DNA of 64,000 nt from IMG/VR virus record IMGVR_UViG_3300045988_004573, positions 33,869 through 97,868 of that record. One strand, given 5' to 3'. The translations under genes and the position numbers were made by a program. This document shows positions 18,035 to 29,600 of the stretch, piece after piece. The notes under the pieces were generated by a model. That model was not told the DNA's origin. It was given only the letters and a program-made list of their open reading frames with translations, and did no database searches. The number at the start of each line of letters is the position of its first letter. Position 1 is the stretch's first letter. The stretch comes from a virus.

Positions 18035-18629
18035 TGTACTGAGTGAAGTCAGTCACTACAGAGTGATTGGAATCAATGCTGATGATAGTATCAGAGTAGT
18101 ACATACAGAAAGTGGTGATGTAGTTAATATAGGCAGAACCTATGTACAGAACTACATCAAGTCAGGTGATAACTTTGTTGAAGAGGTGAAGGTTACTAAA
18201 GAGGACAAGAAGGATGGTACTTTAGGGATACGAAGCATCTTTGAAGGCATCCATTCTGGTCAGGTATTCACCGTGTGCTTTAAGAAGCAGAATAAGCCTA
18301 AGAGCAAGAAGAAACTGCAAGAAGAGATTAATACTATCATAGAGCAGTTCTCTAATAGTATTGACTCTATAAAGAACAGTAAGAAGGGGGTTGCAAATGC
18401 AGCTAAGAATCTTGTTACTGAACTTGTAGAGAATCCTATCCTGCCTTATGAGGAAGGAGAGGAAAGAGTGCTTAGAGGCTATAAGATTCAGTTTGAATCT
18501 AGAGATGGCAGGTATGATTGTGTTGATATGGATATTACCAAGACTGATAAAGAGTCTGGTATCAGACCAGTTAACATCCTGACTATTAAGTGGCTTATTT
18601 ATAATGGTATAAAATATATTGTGGAATAA
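18009..18629 (+). CDS. hypothetical protein
   Basis: 206-aa ORF, Lys-rich in the centre. No motif recognised. Confidence 0.5.
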   Translation: MKTGIAVNDVLSEVSHYRVIGINADDSIRVVHTESGDVVNIGRTYVQNYIKSGDNFVEEVKVTKEDKKDGTLGIRSIFEGIHSGQVFTVCFKKQNKPKSKKKLQEEINTIIEQFSNSIDSIKNSKKGVANAAKNLVTELVENPILPYEEGEERVLRGYKIQFESRDGRYDCVDMDITKTDKESGIRPVNILTIKWLIYNGIKYIVE

Positions 18630-18665
18630 GACCTACAATTTCACTATAAATTTGCTGGTCTTATT
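18625..18665 (+). terminator. hairpin after gene 18009..18629 (9-bp stem, 23-nt loop)
   Basis: aataagacc 18625..18633 pairs with ggtcttatt 18657..18665 and is followed by a T-rich tract. The loop holds the -33 TTTG of the next promoter. Confidence 0.35.
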
Positions 18666-18682
18666 TATTTTATGTATTTTTG
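18651..18682 (+). promoter_or_regulatory. Bacteroides-type promoter TTTG-N20-TATTTTTG
   Basis: TTTG 18651..18654, a 20-nt spacer, TAnnTTTG 18675..18682. ATG 18702 is 19 nt downstream. Confidence 0.55.
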
Positions 18683-18701
18683 CATTATAAATAAAACTAG
18701 T

Positions 18702-19247
18702 ATGAAAAAGAGTGAGATTATAGAATGTAACGGAGTCAGCTATAAGAATTGTCCTCATTGTGGTAGAGTACTTCCAGTAAATTGTTTCTCTAAGAGTAAT
18801 ACTTCAGCTTCTGGTTATAGAAGCTGGTGCAAGGAGTGTATAAACACTTCTAGAAATACTGAAGAGAATAAAGCTAAGTGTAGAAACTACTATAATTCAA
18901 GAGGTAGAGAGCTTAGCAGAATAGCTAAAGAGCATAATATTCAAAAGTATCTATATACATCAGCTAAGGCTAGAGCTAGACAGAGAGGAGAAACTTTTAC
19001 TATAGATATAGAGGATATTGTAGTTCCAGAGGTCTGTCCTATACTTGGAATACCACTTAAATATAATAGGGGTATGAAAGGGGATGACTCATATTCTCTT
19101 GATAGAATAGACTCTAGCAGGGGATATGTTAAAGGCAATATATGGGTCATCTCTCTTAGAGCCAATAGGATAAAGAATGACTCTACTGTGGAGGAATTAA
19201 GACTTATAGCTGACAAAGTTGAACAAAAACTTAAAGAAGCAAGATAA
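18702..19247 (+). CDS. free-standing HNH endonuclease (paralog of the intron HNH)
   Basis: CPHCGR..CKEC, then CPILGIPL..SLDRIDSSRGYVKGNIWVISLRANRIKND. Start moved to ATG 18702 because the promoter motif overlaps the track start 18672. Confidence 0.75.
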   Translation: MKKSEIIECNGVSYKNCPHCGRVLPVNCFSKSNTSASGYRSWCKECINTSRNTEENKAKCRNYYNSRGRELSRIAKEHNIQKYLYTSAKARARQRGETFTIDIEDIVVPEVCPILGIPLKYNRGMKGDDSYSLDRIDSSRGYVKGNIWVISLRANRIKNDSTVEELRLIADKVEQKLKEAR

Positions 19248-19426
19248 TGAGTTTGAAGGAACAATGGCAGCAGGAGTCCAGACATGTAAGGAGATTTAAG
19301 AATATTTTTGCATTTATGGATTTCTGCTACAGATGTAAGATAACTCCTGATAATAGTGAAACATACTATGATGAGGAGGAAGGCTATATGTATTTGAAAT
19401 ATCCTAATGTAACTCAACTATGGTAA
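19247..19426 (+). CDS. possible small ORF (59 aa) not in the ORF track
   Basis: The ATG overlaps the HNH stop (TAATG). Open to TAA 19424..19426, overlapping the next ATG 19420. Reads ..FCYRCKITPDNSETYYDEEEGYMY.. Confidence 0.25.
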   Translation: MSLKEQWQQESRHVRRFKNIFAFMDFCYRCKITPDNSETYYDEEEGYMYLKYPNVTQLW

Positions 19427-20013
19427 GTATAACTAAAGAAGATTTGATTGGTCAGATTGCCAACTTCCCGTTGAAGATAGTGGAAGCTATGGTGGCAAAT
19501 CAAGTGAGACAAGGTAATCCAGCCAATGTAAAAGTATTCCAAGAAAAGGTAGATGCCTCCTTTGTTGAAGGTGGTTTCAGTTGGAATAAGTCAGCGGAAG
19601 GTCAGTTCTTCTGGAGTAAGGTAATCAATGGTAAGCAATTTCCTAAAGAGATTGTTCCTCCTGATAAGTCCATTGAGCCTGTCAAACCAGAAGAGCCTGT
19701 CAATGAGAGTCCAGAAGAGGTTGTTGGAGAAGCTAAGGAATCATCTGCTTATAAGGTAGGTGATGTCATTAGAGTTAAGGTAGGAAGTAATACAAGGTCA
19801 AGGGTAATTATAGGATATTTTCCTGAGATGCCTAATCCTTATCTTACAATAACTGAGGAATCATTCAAAGACCTTATGAAGGGTAAGACAAGCTGTCATA
19901 TCAATGTGACTGCTATTGAAGAGCCTAAGAAGTATGTATATCTGACTCTCAAAGATATATCTGAGGGTAAGGGTGTGGGTATAGACCCAGACCTTATCAA
20001 GATAGTACAGTAA
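19420..20013 (+). CDS. hypothetical protein
   Basis: 197-aa ORF. The segment EGGFSWNKSAEGQFFWSKV is distinctive but not assigned to a family. Confidence 0.5.
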   Translation: MVSITKEDLIGQIANFPLKIVEAMVANQVRQGNPANVKVFQEKVDASFVEGGFSWNKSAEGQFFWSKVINGKQFPKEIVPPDKSIEPVKPEEPVNESPEEVVGEAKESSAYKVGDVIRVKVGSNTRSRVIIGYFPEMPNPYLTITEESFKDLMKGKTSCHINVTAIEEPKKYVYLTLKDISEGKGVGIDPDLIKIVQ

Positions 20014-20017
20014 GACA

Positions 20018-20049
20018 TAGGGTAGGGTGTAGTAATACATCCTACCTTA
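20018..20049 (+). terminator. hairpin after gene 19420..20013
   Basis: tagggtagg 20018..20026 pairs with cctacctta 20041..20049 (9 bp, one G-U) around a 14-nt loop, followed by a T-rich tract. Confidence 0.4.
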
Positions 20050-20100
20050 CTGTTATATTATTAAAGGTGTTAGGGGTGGAGTAAAAACAGCCTTAATACC

Positions 20101-20131
20101 TTGCACAACTACAATTAAATTACTACTTTTG
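20101..20131 (+). promoter_or_regulatory. Bacteroides-type promoter TTG-N20-TACTTTTG in front of the RNAP gene
   Basis: TTG 20101..20103, a 20-nt spacer, TAnnTTTG 20124..20131. ATG 20153 is 21 nt downstream. Confidence 0.55.
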
Positions 20132-20152
20132 CACAAACTAATTAAAGAAATT

Positions 20153-23100
20153 ATGAGTAAGACAACTTGTTATACTCCACTCAAAGGAGTAGATGATGTT
20201 ATAGCAGCTCAAGTACCTTCATGGAATAGTCATTATGTAGCTAACCTTAGAGGTATGTATGAAGAAGCTAAAGGCAAGTCTACTACAGATGTGAATGAGT
20301 TACTGGCATTTAGAAGGAGCTTAAATGCTAAAGATGCCAAAGCTCTTACAGATGCTATCACAAACCCAATAGCAGCATATGACCAGCTAAAAGAAGCCTT
20401 CTCTACTCAAGAGAGAGTAGACAGGGTGAATATGATAGCCAATACATTCTCAGATGTTGTTGATGCTATACAGGAGAGTAATCCTAGTCTTAGCAGAGAG
20501 GACATTATTATGGGCTATAAAGACCAGAATGGTAAGTTTCAGGGTGGTCCAGCATTCATATACAGTGAGGTTTATAAGACCCTTAAAGCTGAGATGGATG
20601 AATATGCTGAGAATGGCTATGAGGAAGAGGTAGAGAAGTACAGACAGGTGTTCAAAAACTGGGGAGCTTTAGTGACTTATGCTAACACCACTCTTAGAGA
20701 TACAGAAGGTCTTAAGATAGGTACTAAGCTGACTTTTGCTGATTCCTCTACTATTGCTGACTATGATGAGAATACTGCTGTAGAGTCATTTGTAGCTGAG
20801 GAAGCACCTAGAGAGTCATGGCAGGAAGTGTCAGAGTCTGTAAGTCCTTTTGGAAGTACCTCTATACTAGTAAGAAGATTGCTAGGAAGATTATCTGGCT
20901 ATACTTCTGAGAATGAGGAAGATTATGATGACCTTGGTCATCTTAGGAGATTACCTGCTGTGCAAGTGCATCAAGCACTCATGGAGACCCTTAGAGGTAT
21001 GCAGAGCGAGAGCGACATGGTAGCTATCCTAAAACAGAATATGGATAGTAAGCCATATATTAGCTCTATACTTGAAGAGTTTGCTAAAGACCCTATACTT
21101 AGAACTCAGTTCTTTGTAGACTTTAGTAAGGTCTTTCAGCTATACTCAATGCAGAATGAAACAAGGAAGGGAGGTATTACTACATATAAGAATAGTGTAC
21201 TCAATATCCTCTCAAGGAAGAGTGCCTATAAGAGGTATTCAGCAGCACTGGCAACTAGAACTCTTAAGGCTGATAATGCAGTCTTTAGATATGAGGATGA
21301 AGGTACTCTAGTGAATGAAGCTAGAGCAAAGCAGTTAGCTGACTTCATAGAGAAGTACTTAGGTACTGACCAAGACATCTTCAATAAGTTCAATGAGCAG
21401 GGATTCTCTAATCAGGATAGGATAGACTTCTATAAAGCTGTACTGCCTGTACTTGGTATTAACCTTACTGAATCTGACTATGATGTCCTTGTAAAGGATA
21501 ATAAGAGGGTTATGTCTCTCAACAGAACTCTTAAAGACCTTCCTACTATTCTTAGAAAGGCTAAGGATGGTATGAAGTTCCAAGACTTAATTGACTTAAA
21601 GATAGGTCAAGGAGCTAGTGAGGGTTATCTAAAAGAGAAGATAGGTAAGATATTCCAAGTCACAGAGAGCTTAGACAGCAGTAAGAAAGTATTGAGCAGA
21701 GTAAGGTTTCAAGATAATACTTACTACAGTGATATACAATCCTCCTATCTTGGCAGATTCAGAGATACTATAGATGCTCTGGCAAGAAAGGGCAATAAGG
21801 CAAAGCTACAGTCTTACTTAGATGAGCATTTCTTGAGAAATGATTTCTTTAGAAGCTCTGATGGTAAGATATATAATAAGTGGCTCCAAGACCTTTACTA
21901 TAGCAACCTTCAAGACCAGAAGAGCTTTGCTAATATGTTCACTTACAAGAAGTTCTTAGGCGATGACAATCAGAAATTTGAGGACTTTACAGGTAAGAAG
22001 CAAGCTATAACCCTGATAAATGAGTACTTTGCAGAGTCTAAGGATTATGCTTGGTATCCAGTATTCATATTAGGTGATAGTGGTGCTTCAAAGTGGATTA
22101 GAGCTAAGAGATACTCATCAGACCAGATAGTAACAGGTCTCTATAATGTATATCTTCAAGAGAAGATATTCCAGAGAGAGATTAAAGAACTCAAGGAAGG
22201 ACTTAAGAGAGATGGTAAATCTCTTGGAAGTCTTGCTAAGATAGATGAGACTAAGTTTGGTCTACTGCCATTCCTAAATGAGAAGAAGTACAGTGATATG
22301 ATAGACATGACAAATATTGAACAGTCTGTCAAAGCTGCTATTAAAGCTCATCTAAGAGATGCCTTCAATGAGTATATGGTCAAGTTGAATAGGGCAGGTG
22401 TCTTAGGTAAGACTCAGAAAGGTGACTATAAGTACCTGAGTAAGCTAACTAAGTTCACAACTAAAGATAAGCAGAAGTTGACTGGTGATGAGGCAGTTAG
22501 AGCTAACCTTATGGATTACTTCTACAATAGTAAGTTTGCTACTGTAATGCAGATGCAGCTTATGACTGTCAATCCTATATTCTATAAGAATGGGGATAGC
22601 ACAGATGCCCAGAAGAGATATAAGGAAATTCATGCCTCAGGTAATAGAGTAAGTGTAGAAGCTGTAAATCCCTTCACAGGTGAGAGATTCAGTAATAGAG
22701 ACTATCAGACTACTGTATATTTTGATGATGTTGAAGTAAACCCAGAAGATACTAATCCTGAGTTTATGGAGGTCATTGCTAAGGTATATGGTAAGGATAG
22801 TGATGTCTATAAGACCTATAGGGATAAGACATCCTTCACTGATGGTCAAGGTTATAGAACTCTTAAGTCTTATAGAGCTGTGATGGGAATGGCTGGCAAG
22901 TGGAATAAGAAATGTGAAGATGCTTATAATGAGATTGAAAGCATCAGAGCAGATATTAGGTCACAAGGTGGAGAGATAACTGATGAGCAGGCTCAGAGAA
23001 TAGCTAGCTTAATGGTTACATTCCAACCTATCAAGCCATTCACTTATACACTTGAAAGATGGACATTAGGTAATAGTGTGTTCCAGATACCTGTACAGAT

Positions 23101-26100
23101 GAAGTATGCTGAGACAGTTATGATACCTGAGTTGATGCAGAAGGGCAGTAAGCTGAGAGATATGCTTGAATGGGCTGAACAGAAGGATGTAGATGTGATT
23201 GCAGCTACTACTGCTGTAAAGGTAGGCTCATTTGGTGCTGTGAATGTGAAGGATGCTACTAATAAGGATGAGCTGAATGCCTCTTTAGATAATGCTATTG
23301 TTCACAATCTGAGCTATAATGACTATGTTATTCAGAATAACATTCCTGAGCATATTCAAGGCTCACAGCTATTTGCCACTCAGAGTAGAAAGCTGATATT
23401 TGCTGGTTTACAGCAGGTTGATGCTAATGGTAACACTATGTACTATGACCACTACACTGATGGCAATAGGGTTAACTTGGGTAATGGCATGGTCAGACTC
23501 AATGCTTACAACCTCAACAGGTTCTATATAAGTCTTATAGCAGCTAACATACTTGAGGACTTTGAAGAATTTTCTTCTACTATAAAGAATCCTGAGAAAG
23601 TAAGGCAAGCCTTGGTTCAGATGACTGTTAATAACAGCAGGGAGACTAGGGATAACCTTAGAGGTTATGGTAAAGGCTTAGAGCATGACTTCCTTCTAGC
23701 ATTATTTGAAGGTGGTATTGAACATGATACAGCAGCATTGTTACTGAGTATGTTCAAGAAGCAAGTCAACAAACAGAAGATAAATGGAGGAAGTGCAGTT
23801 CAGGTATCAGCATTTGGTATAACTGGCTATACTGAGGACAATAATCTTAGGTTTATCAAAGACCCTAACAATGATGCTAACATTCTATATGCTGAGTGTG
23901 AGCTTCCTTGGGACTTAAGCTATACTGATAGTAATGGTAACAAGGTTGAGCTACAATTCAGTGACTGGTGTAATGCTGATGGTACACTTAAAATAGGTAA
24001 GAATGGGGTTTCTCTACTAGAGACTAAATTCCCAGGAATCACCTCTTTCATAGCATATAGAATACCTACAGAGGATAAGTACTCTATGTTGAACCTAAGA
24101 GTAAAGAGATTTACTCAGAAGGTCAATGGTGGTGGTACTATTAAAGTTCCTGCTCAAGGTACTACTATTGCTGGATTTGACTTTGATATTGACAAGCTCT
24201 ACTTTATGAGAAGGGAATATAAGGTCAAGAAGAGTGATAAAGATGGTGAGCTTGGAAGCCAGATAATCAAAGCACTGTTTGGTGAGTCTGAACATACAGA
24301 TGTAGCTGATGTGTTTGATATACATGACTTCGAGGAGTTTGATTATTCTAAGCCTGCTTGGGATAAGAGTCAGAGCAGAGTGGCTAGAAACAATATGCTA
24401 ATCACTCTTATGCAGAAGAGACTTGAAGACCCTCAGACTATAAAGGATAGGACTACTCCTGGTGGATTTACTCATGCAAGTGCTGCTGCTAAGTATATCA
24501 GAACTCTTATGGGTATAGATAATCTGAATTATGATTATTCTGACCCTTGGACTATGGTAGTATATAACCAGCAAAACCAAGTAGCTGGAAAGCTGATTGG
24601 TATATTTGCTAATCAGAATACCAATAATGCCATTGCTTCCTTGATGAAGGAGTTCAGCTTGGTACAACCTATAGCATTTGGTAATCATCCTAATGGACTA
24701 AGTAACCTTCTCAACCCTAATGCTCTGACTAAGGAGCTGTTGGCAGCATCTGTGGATGCTGTTAAAGACCCTGTGCTTAACTTCCTGAACTTGAATACTA
24801 TTACAGCAGATAGTGCAGGTATGTTATGTAGATTAGGGTATAGCTTTGAGGAGATTGGTCTGTTAATGAACCAACCTATAATAAGAGAACTATGTGATTA
24901 CTGTATGGATAGTAACATGTCTGATATAGATACTGCAATAGATAACTTGTTACAGGATTATGGTGCTAGAGGTGATTACGCTGATATTCCATCCTCAAGA
25001 CTGACTGTAGATGTACTTGCTAAGAATATAACTGACTTTAGGGATAACCCAGACATTATGAACAATAGTAACTATGTGTTCAATCAAGCTCAGGTGTTGG
25101 AACTATTCAGAAGTATCTATGCTACAGCTAAAGAGGTAGGAGCTTTTGTTACTAATACTAAGTTCACTGCATCAAATGCAGTTAAATCTACCTTTGGTGG
25201 TATGTATGCTCAGCAGGACAGAGTGATTAGGTATGTGAATAACCTTAAGACCTCAAAGAACCCTAGACTAAGTATTATAGTGAGTGACTTTGTTGATAGT
25301 CCTATTACACTAGGTCTTAATATAGGTAATGTTGAGGAATATATAGCACAGATACTCAATAATCCTTTTGGATATGAGCAAGTGATGTATGATGCTAATG
25401 TCCAAGCTGTAAAGGAACTTGGCAAGTATTATCCTTATGGTAATTCAACATACACTAACATTAGGAGCTTTATGACTGACCTGACTAAATCAGGGCTTGA
25501 TGAAGCTACTATAGACCAGATACATGAGTATATGCTAAGGTATATGATTGGTCTGGATGAACACAGTAAGTTCAATCCTGAATATCCCATCAACCTTGAT
25601 AATGGGGAGACAGTAAGAGCAGAAGACTACTATACCAAGTATGTTCCTTTGAAGGTAAGTAACCTTTTAAGAGCAAATAAGGAGTTGAAGAGTCTGCCTA
25701 TCTTTAGTCTACTCACATTTGAGGAAGGTAGTGATGGTAATGTACAAATGAAGATTGCTGATAGTGGTGCTTTAACACCTACCCAGAAAGATGAAGTAAG
25801 GGATAGCTGGGAAGTACTATTAACTAACCCTGAGTTATCTCAGGTGGCTAAAGACCTTTATATGTACTCCTACTATCAATCAGGATTTGGATTTGGAGTT
25901 ATAGGATTCAATCACTTAGCTCCATTAGAGTTGAAGCTGCAATTAGACCTTAACGGTGAGACTAGTTATACTAGTTTCTTGGATAATGTGTTGGATAACA
26001 ACATACCAGTTGATGAGGTCAAGTTTGCTCAGATGTTTCTTAATACCCACAGAGATAACAATAGGCTAGTATATGAGCCTAAGTCCAAGCAATATAATTA

Positions 26101-26632
26101 CATTAAGAGTTATGTGTACCAGAATGGTATGCCAGTAGATAGCTTCATATTAGATGTTACTACTGACAAGAATAAGGTTAAACCCTTCATACTGAGGTCT
26201 ACCAAAGAAGAGGTACATTACAGACCTGCCATACTAGTAGATGGACTCTTATATGTTGCCAATGGCAGTGCATTCAACAGAAGCACTTCTGGAGCTATGG
26301 AGTATAGGCTTGTCAAAGGCAAGGACAATAAAAAGGTAAGTTTATCTGATATAGGAGTTCAAGATGACAAATCAAGTACTGCTATTGATGGTGAACCTAT
26401 TGTTGATATTGACACTATGTCTATTGATAATCTAGTGGATGAATTAGTTAAGAGTCAAGTTAAGACTGGCACTTTGATGGCTGAGGAAGCAGAAGAGGCT
26501 TCTAGAGGTATAAGAAGTAACATCTTACAGACTACTAAGGAAGATGCAAGAGAGCAACTGATTGGAGCTTTACTTGAGGAGTATAAGAAACTTGGTGTAT
26601 CATGTAAGTTAAATGGTGAAAAGATTTGTTAA
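20153..26632 (+). CDS. giant virion-type RNA polymerase (crAss-like DxDxD two-barrel RNAP)
   Basis: About 2159 aa. It contains AGFDFDIDKLYF (DFDID at nt 24179..24193), the metal-binding DxDxD motif reported for crAss-like phage giant RNAPs. ATG 20153 preferred over the TTG track start. Confidence 0.75.
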   Translation: MSKTTCYTPLKGVDDVIAAQVPSWNSHYVANLRGMYEEAKGKSTTDVNELLAFRRSLNAKDAKALTDAITNPIAAYDQLKEAFSTQERVDRVNMIANTFSDVVDAIQESNPSLSREDIIMGYKDQNGKFQGGPAFIYSEVYKTLKAEMDEYAENGYEEEVEKYRQVFKNWGALVTYANTTLRDTEGLKIGTKLTFADSSTIADYDENTAVESFVAEEAPRESWQEVSESVSPFGSTSILVRRLLGRLSGYTSENEEDYDDLGHLRRLPAVQVHQALMETLRGMQSESDMVAILKQNMDSKPYISSILEEFAKDPILRTQFFVDFSKVFQLYSMQNETRKGGITTYKNSVLNILSRKSAYKRYSAALATRTLKADNAVFRYEDEGTLVNEARAKQLADFIEKYLGTDQDIFNKFNEQGFSNQDRIDFYKAVLPVLGINLTESDYDVLVKDNKRVMSLNRTLKDLPTILRKAKDGMKFQDLIDLKIGQGASEGYLKEKIGKIFQVTESLDSSKKVLSRVRFQDNTYYSDIQSSYLGRFRDTIDALARKGNKAKLQSYLDEHFLRNDFFRSSDGKIYNKWLQDLYYSNLQDQKSFANMFTYKKFLGDDNQKFEDFTGKKQAITLINEYFAESKDYAWYPVFILGDSGASKWIRAKRYSSDQIVTGLYNVYLQEKIFQREIKELKEGLKRDGKSLGSLAKIDETKFGLLPFLNEKKYSDMIDMTNIEQSVKAAIKAHLRDAFNEYMVKLNRAGVLGKTQKGDYKYLSKLTKFTTKDKQKLTGDEAVRANLMDYFYNSKFATVMQMQLMTVNPIFYKNGDSTDAQKRYKEIHASGNRVSVEAVNPFTGERFSNRDYQTTVYFDDVEVNPEDTNPEFMEVIAKVYGKDSDVYKTYRDKTSFTDGQGYRTLKSYRAVMGMAGKWNKKCEDAYNEIESIRADIRSQGGEITDEQAQRIASLMVTFQPIKPFTYTLERWTLGNSVFQIPVQMKYAETVMIPELMQKGSKLRDMLEWAEQKDVDVIAATTAVKVGSFGAVNVKDATNKDELNASLDNAIVHNLSYNDYVIQNNIPEHIQGSQLFATQSRKLIFAGLQQVDANGNTMYYDHYTDGNRVNLGNGMVRLNAYNLNRFYISLIAANILEDFEEFSSTIKNPEKVRQALVQMTVNNSRETRDNLRGYGKGLEHDFLLALFEGGIEHDTAALLLSMFKKQVNKQKINGGSAVQVSAFGITGYTEDNNLRFIKDPNNDANILYAECELPWDLSYTDSNGNKVELQFSDWCNADGTLKIGKNGVSLLETKFPGITSFIAYRIPTEDKYSMLNLRVKRFTQKVNGGGTIKVPAQGTTIAGFDFDIDKLYFMRREYKVKKSDKDGELGSQIIKALFGESEHTDVADVFDIHDFEEFDYSKPAWDKSQSRVARNNMLITLMQKRLEDPQTIKDRTTPGGFTHASAAAKYIRTLMGIDNLNYDYSDPWTMVVYNQQNQVAGKLIGIFANQNTNNAIASLMKEFSLVQPIAFGNHPNGLSNLLNPNALTKELLAASVDAVKDPVLNFLNLNTITADSAGMLCRLGYSFEEIGLLMNQPIIRELCDYCMDSNMSDIDTAIDNLLQDYGARGDYADIPSSRLTVDVLAKNITDFRDNPDIMNNSNYVFNQAQVLELFRSIYATAKEVGAFVTNTKFTASNAVKSTFGGMYAQQDRVIRYVNNLKTSKNPRLSIIVSDFVDSPITLGLNIGNVEEYIAQILNNPFGYEQVMYDANVQAVKELGKYYPYGNSTYTNIRSFMTDLTKSGLDEATIDQIHEYMLRYMIGLDEHSKFNPEYPINLDNGETVRAEDYYTKYVPLKVSNLLRANKELKSLPIFSLLTFEEGSDGNVQMKIADSGALTPTQKDEVRDSWEVLLTNPELSQVAKDLYMYSYYQSGFGFGVIGFNHLAPLELKLQLDLNGETSYTSFLDNVLDNNIPVDEVKFAQMFLNTHRDNNRLVYEPKSKQYNYIKSYVYQNGMPVDSFILDVTTDKNKVKPFILRSTKEEVHYRPAILVDGLLYVANGSAFNRSTSGAMEYRLVKGKDNKKVSLSDIGVQDDKSSTAIDGEPIVDIDTMSIDNLVDELVKSQVKTGTLMAEEAEEASRGIRSNILQTTKEDAREQLIGALLEEYKKLGVSCKLNGEKIC

Positions 26633-26634
26633 GT

Positions 26635-29600
26635 ATGGCAGAGAGTTGTGTATTTAAGCCAACTGTCAGAAACAAAGAAGGTAAGGAAGTGAATAGTAGG
26701 TTGTTTGACAACCTACTTCACTTCTCTTCCAATGACAGGGAGTTTGCTAAAAAGTATTATTTCATAGGTACTAATGATGAGTTCCTAAGAACCAATGCTA
26801 GGCATGTAGAGTATGATGAGAATGGTGAGATTACATTCAAGTCACTTAAGAACCTAGTATCACTGGATATATCTTCTGAGAAGATTATTGACCAGTTAAA
26901 CAAAGACATAAGCTCTGGAGAGCATGAGTATGGAGAAGCAGTATCACTGATGACTAGCTTCAACAATAATAGCCCATATAACGATGAGTATATGGCTACT
27001 ATAAGTACAGTTGAGGGAGGTAAGGCAAATCTACAGGTTGTTAGAAAGACTACAGCTAATCAGACAGCTCTTGAAGAGACATTGACTAACAAAAGCTTGT
27101 TTGATAGAATAAAGCAAGCTGTTGAAAGAGTAGGAGGAAGTATAGACTTTATAGATGAAAGCTATAGCAAGTATGATACTATCAATGCTAAGAAAGCAGA
27201 GTCTGGTCTATATAATGTGATATTCCTCTCAAAGAAAGGCAATCTTACTGCTGATATGGCAGAAGAGGCAGGTCACTTTGCTGTAGGGGCATTAGGTAAT
27301 AACCCCCTAGTAAAGAGATTGGAAGCACTTTGTACTCCAGAAGTACAAGAGGGAATACTAGGTGAGCATTACAGAGATGTGCAGGGAAGAAAGAACCCTA
27401 GGAGAGAGACTGCTGGTTTCCTAGTTGGTCAATATATAATGAATGAGGTAGACCAAGAGTCTACACTTAGCAGACTTGCAGGAAGAATAGTAAATCTAGC
27501 TAAGAGAATGTTCTACAGACTCACTCTAGATGATGTAGGTAGAATGAGAGAAGAGGCTAAGGCTATAGCTAAGAATATAGCTAGGGGATTTATGTCTGGT
27601 GATAATGCTGGTAGTATTGAGAATGCTTTAGAGAATAGGGAAGTCCTGTATTCATCTGTAGATTCTGTACCAGTTAGTTCCTTCAAGGATGTTATTCAGC
27701 AGCTAAACTTACTAGCTTCTGAAATGTCAGCAGTAGATAAGACATTATATAGGAAGTGGAAGGATATTGAAGCTAATACTGCTATAGGCAGGTTATTTGA
27801 AAACCCCTCATTCTTTGCTGATATGGCTGCTATAGATGGCTTATCTGTAGCACTAACACAGCTAGCAGATAGTGTTCCTGAAATGATTGACATGTTGGAC
27901 TCTGTTAACTATAATCCTGATGAAGTTCCTGCTAATGCTAAGAAGCTGAGACAAGTAAGCCTATTTGTTCAGGAGTCCATTGCTATCATGGGTATTATAG
28001 ATAATATGCTTACCAGTGATGAGGTACAGTTGAAGGAGGATGCCAGAGATGCTCTTGATAAAGCATATAAGAACTTAAGCTCTCTTATTAAGGGAGCAGA
28101 TAAGCTAGAGGTAAACCTACTAAAGAAAGAGAGGAAGCTATATCTATCCTTCTTAAAAGATATGTATGGGGGTGAGTATGTTGAAAGGGCAGCTAGAGTT
28201 GTCTTTAACTTTAACAAGAGAAAGCTTGAAAGAGTAGCTGAGAGTAGGGAATATCTATCAAAAGCTATGGAATCTCTTGATAGAGATGATAACTTTATGA
28301 ATAGATACATAGCATCTATGGCTAACAGTAGTGATATAATCAACCAGTTAGCTTATAAAACCAAAGCTTCTGCCAACAAGTTTGCTGATGACAATACTAT
28401 TAAAGCGTGGAATGACATAAGAGCTTTGGAACAGAGAGTCAAGAAGGCTAAGGTTGATACAAGGAGGCTGTTAGAAGTATCTGCTAGAGATGGTAAGCTG
28501 ACTGGTAACTATATATCCAAGTATAATTGGGGTGATTGGGAGAATGACTGGTATGAGTTTAAGAACAAGTGTAAGGAAGATTTCCTCAGTGACCCATCTA
28601 TTGAGAGTAAGACTCAGATAGAAAGGGAATACTTATGGGATGTCTACTTTAGACCTCTAGCTAAGGACTGGCATAAATCCCACTCCACATATGACCAAAC
28701 CACTCAAAGACCTATGCCTAATGATGGCTATAGAAACCATAACTATGATAGATTGACAGATACTGAGAAGGCAGCTCTAGATGACATATTGGAGTTGAAG
28801 GGGAGTCTTGATGACCTCCTAATCTATCAGTCTTATAATGGTGAAATGGTTGAAGCAGCTCATACTCATCTTTATAGAATGCCTCAGTTCAGAGGAAGTA
28901 CTCAGAATAGAATTGAGAACTTAAAGATGACTAACCCTCTAGGTAAAGCTGTAAGTGGTGCTATAAGGCAAAACTTAATCAATACTTTTACTATTACCAG
29001 TGAAGATAGAGACTATGGTAGTGCTATGACACATAATACTATAGATGAGGATGTATTCTCAGATAGGCTTGACTTCGAGAAGGAGAAAGTGAAGAGAGTT
29101 CCTTTATATGGTATAAACAAGCTGAAAGATATGTCAGAGTTAAGCACTGATATATTCAATGGTTTGTTACAGTATGCAGCTATGGCTAATACTTATGTAG
29201 CTACATCCAGTGTAGTAGATATATTGGAGACAGGTAGGGATGTATTAGCTAATAGAAGAGTGAAAGGTCTAAAGAGAGAAGTAGAGAGGGATAAGAAGTC
29301 AAGAGTATTTGGAAGATATTGTGACTTTCTTGATGCTCAGGTATATAACCTATATGCAAATAGCAGGTTGAAGTTTGGTCAAATAGCTCTTACTAAGGTG
29401 ATAGGCTTCTTTGGAGGTTTGGCATCTAAGGTGTTCTTGGGTGGTAATGTCGCTGGTGGTATGGTCAATGTTATGACTGGCTTTAATGAAATCACTAAGG
29501 AAGCTATAGCAGGAGAAGTATATACATTAGCTGACCTTACTAAGGCTAATGCCCTTTACTTTAAGTACTTACCAGAGAACTGGTTAGAGGCAGGTATGGG

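Noticed and set aside
19303-19310. A TATTTTTG octamer matching the -7 promoter element, inside the small ORF after the second HNH gene.
   Set aside because: There is no TTG at the N20 upstream position (it reads AGA), unlike the seven exact sites. It is probably a chance match in AT-rich DNA.
18630-19419. The possibility that the second Zn-finger HNH gene also sits in a group I intron.
   Set aside because: No P, Q, R or S-like elements are found in the flanks. The flanking ORFs end and start cleanly and do not look like halves of one gene. It is treated as free-standing.
20129-20152. Track-supplied non-ATG starts: TTG or GTG at 20129, 26626, 56557, 58595, 9614, 5985, 15283 and 16171. Also the ATG 18672 start.
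   Set aside because: In each case a downstream ATG fits better. It either gives a stop/start overlap with the upstream gene or lies downstream of the promoter motif that the longer ORF would otherwise contain. The shorter starts were used.
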